Part shown: piece by piece, positions 61,901 to 64,000 of the stretch
How the letters are laid out: every line of letters begins with the position of its first letter
How positions within the stretch are numbered: position 1 is the stretch's first letter
Assembly: GCA_046563655.1 (NCBI GenBank)
Contig: CM102283.1
Coordinates: 2,666,001-2,730,000 of the forward strand
Direction of reading: 5' to 3'
DNA length: 64,000 nt
DNA from: Yuukianura sp. NJ FZ-2021
Lineage: Eukaryota
The notes under the pieces: generated by a model
The model's database searches: none
Seen by the model: the letters and a program-made list of their open reading frames with translations, nothing else
Told to the model about the DNA's origin: nothing
Position numbers and translations under genes: made by a program

Positions 61901-64000
61901 TTCATAGGAGGCGGAAGTTTGCCTGCGGGATTTGAATTATTTAAATACCAAAATCTAAAGATATGAAAATATAGTGCAAGAGCGAAGTAATTAATCGTTT
62001 TTGAATGAGAGGAAACAATTGATTAATTTCAACAGTGAAGCTTTTTGATATCATTTTGTAATTTTAAATTTGATTTATTTTTAATTTCGCGCTAAATTTT
62101 TGATTTCTTCTATCCATAATTGGTTTCGTCCATTTCGGAAACATTTCCGTCCATTCCAGTGGACGTTACAGTTATGCCACTGAAAGTTTAGTCATCCAAC
62201 GACACTGAATAAATGCTTCAAACAAACGTTGGTTGTGCGCGACGCATTCGGTTGGTAGTCTAAAAATGTTAAATGCACTGCAACCCCGTTTTTATTGAAG
62301 CACATAAGGAAGTTTTGCTTTAACAATACTTCATATAGTTTTAGCTTTTGATGCCCAGAGGCAGGGGATATCTTTTCATGTTGAAACTAAAATACCATAG
62401 TCAGTAACAAACATTCACTAACATTCGACCTTTAAATCTCCACTAATTTAGTTTTAACAGGGTCGACGAGCACTATTGGACAGAATGTTTGGCAAACAGT
62501 GTGTGGTGATGGTAGCGTTTTACATATTCTGGTTGTCCACTACTACCGGGCTAACGCGAGAATCAACACCGCATCCGAATTCACATACGGAGGTGACTTT
62601 CTTAAAAGCCCGTTTGATATTCAAAATGAGTTCTCGTCATTTTTTTTAATACGACCTGTTTGCTTTTAAGGAGAATCCGACATACAACTTCTACTTTCCA
62701 TTCCCCACCGAGAATTGCCCGGGTATGTACCACTTAAGATTTCCATAAAGAGCAACACACGTTGCTTTGGAACATGTGAAAGTAAAAACGCTATGTTGAT
62801 TCATTTTTTAAAATTCTCCGAGAAAACAAGGATTGTCTTTTCAAAAAAAGAAAACTTTCAATTCCTGTTGGAAACTTCTTTTTCAACCAGCGTGATGGTT
62901 TTTTCTCTTGAACGGGAAGACAAGATGGCTGATTTACATTTCCGACGCTTCCAAACAATGTTCCAAGGCTTTCGAAATAATTTGCTTTTAAATTTATGTA
63001 GACGAGTGCATGTACATCGCTGAATGTGGCACCGGGCGGGCACGCCGGACGGAGGATGAAATTGCGCGTGGGATAAACGTTCCTATGCAATACTTTGCAA
63101 CTGGAACTGGGTACTGCGAAGGCTTGTATAAACTCGACCCGGAATATTGCCCTCTTATAACTCCTACGGAGAATGTCTCATGCGGTGTGCCGGACTACGT
63201 TGTTCAACTCCCGAACACAATGGGTATGATGCCTACACACCTTTCCCTTCGGATAGGTTCGAAAGGATTGTAGAGGCCTACCGTAAGGCAAACGATACTT
63301 CCTTGTTTCTTAGCCGGTTCCATAACATTCAATAATAAGCCAAAAAGTGTAAACAGACAAGCGAATATGCCGAAATGGCTTATACACTAAAATAAATTAA
63401 AAAGAAATAACTTGCACAAAAGTTTACATAAAAAGGAAATAAAAGTAATGAAAGGAATACTTACGTAAGCATCAGGATTTCCTGCAAACAACCTGGAAAA
63501 CTTGAGTGAACAATTTCCGCTGTGAGATCGAAGCTCGTCAATGCTCCTACGTCGCGCTTCCACGTCGATCCAAAGGCCTTGAGTGTTGTTGGTTCCTGGA
63601 ACAAAAAGTTTTCCAAACAAATCATTTTCCGTTTCGCTGAGGGTTAAACTGACGTTTGCCATCTTATGCTTTCATTTTATCGTGTTGGGTAACAGCAATT
63701 TAGGCACTAACCTAGTACCTTAGTTATAATTTAACAATAAATTAACATAATACGTCTAAGTTGGCGGTAAATTCTGTTCATTATCTTCAACACTTAAAGC
63801 TTGAGCAACATGTTATTGACTTACTCATCAAATATAAACTAATTTCTTCATTCTCAGCCGCTGAAGTTATCAAACCTCGCTTCAAAGTGCCGTTGCAGCT
63901 CATGTCGCTCTCATTTGGAGGAAATACGGCATCACTTACAACGAAGCGGGAACTTTCACTGAGCCTTTGGTAACCAGAAGGAAGGGCACATGCCAAGGGT
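55981..64000 (-). CDS. Three-CTLD membrane lectin, copy 2 (5' end outside window)
   Basis: Paralogous exons at about 64000-63825, 63595-63465, 61617-61425, 61258-61195, 57213-57100, 57024-56803, 56728-56546, 56447-56328 and 56234-55981. Confidence 0.75.
57403..59781. mobile_element. 2.4-kb foldback element: ~1.15-kb inverted arms, ~65-bp spacer, 6-bp TSD
   Basis: ctctag|tatggtggccccagagtgcc ... ggcactctggggccaccata|ctctag. The arms meet at 58551/58616, and each arm carries a ~29-bp tandem array. Confidence 0.88.
59980..61025 (-). mobile_element. DINE-1/Helentron-like non-autonomous element
   Basis: Subterminal IR aagtatcgtcagat (60006-60019) / atctgacgatactt (61007-61020), with a (GACR)n microsatellite at 60965-60985. 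Its internal repeats are the reverse complement of those at 5880-6660. A (TATTAA)n tract lies at 60110-60204. Confidence 0.72.
62485..63335 (+). pseudogene. Small secreted Cys-rich protein copy 3, nested in lectin copy 2, with a frameshift in exon 3
   Basis: Exons 62485-62592, 62671-62722 and 63002-63335. At ~63157 there are 5 nt (ataac) where the paralogues have one codon. Confidence 0.65.

Overview
AT-rich eukaryotic DNA with short GT-AG introns. It is inferred to be from an arthropod or hexapod, and it has a 100-N gap at 10003-10102. Gene models were spliced by hand, and exon phases were checked. In order: (1) a minus-strand tandem array of four two-exon, ~390-aa gustatory-receptor-like genes, two of them frameshifted; (2) a penta-EF-hand-like gene that lacks EF5; (3) a type I L-asparaginase with a very Asn-rich N-terminus (22 of the first 67 codons) and a hydrophobic C-terminal tail in place of ankyrin repeats; (4) DHX38/Prp16 (14 exons, 1214 aa), whose 20-kb intron holds an antisense three-exon LRAT/PLAAT-domain gene, a hAT MITE, and a P-like THAP element nested in a pogo-like element; (5) a duplicated block containing the DHX38 3' end and a three-CTLD membrane lectin gene that carries an antisense secreted 8-Cys gene of unrecognised family in one intron. 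Non-autonomous elements are abundant. They include two DINE-1/Helentron-like elements, several foldback MITEs, and a tRNA-derived SINE interrupted by a 2.4-kb palindrome and a DINE-like element. The most novel candidates are the possible Asn-codon sensor in asparaginase and the lectin/secreted-protein nested module.
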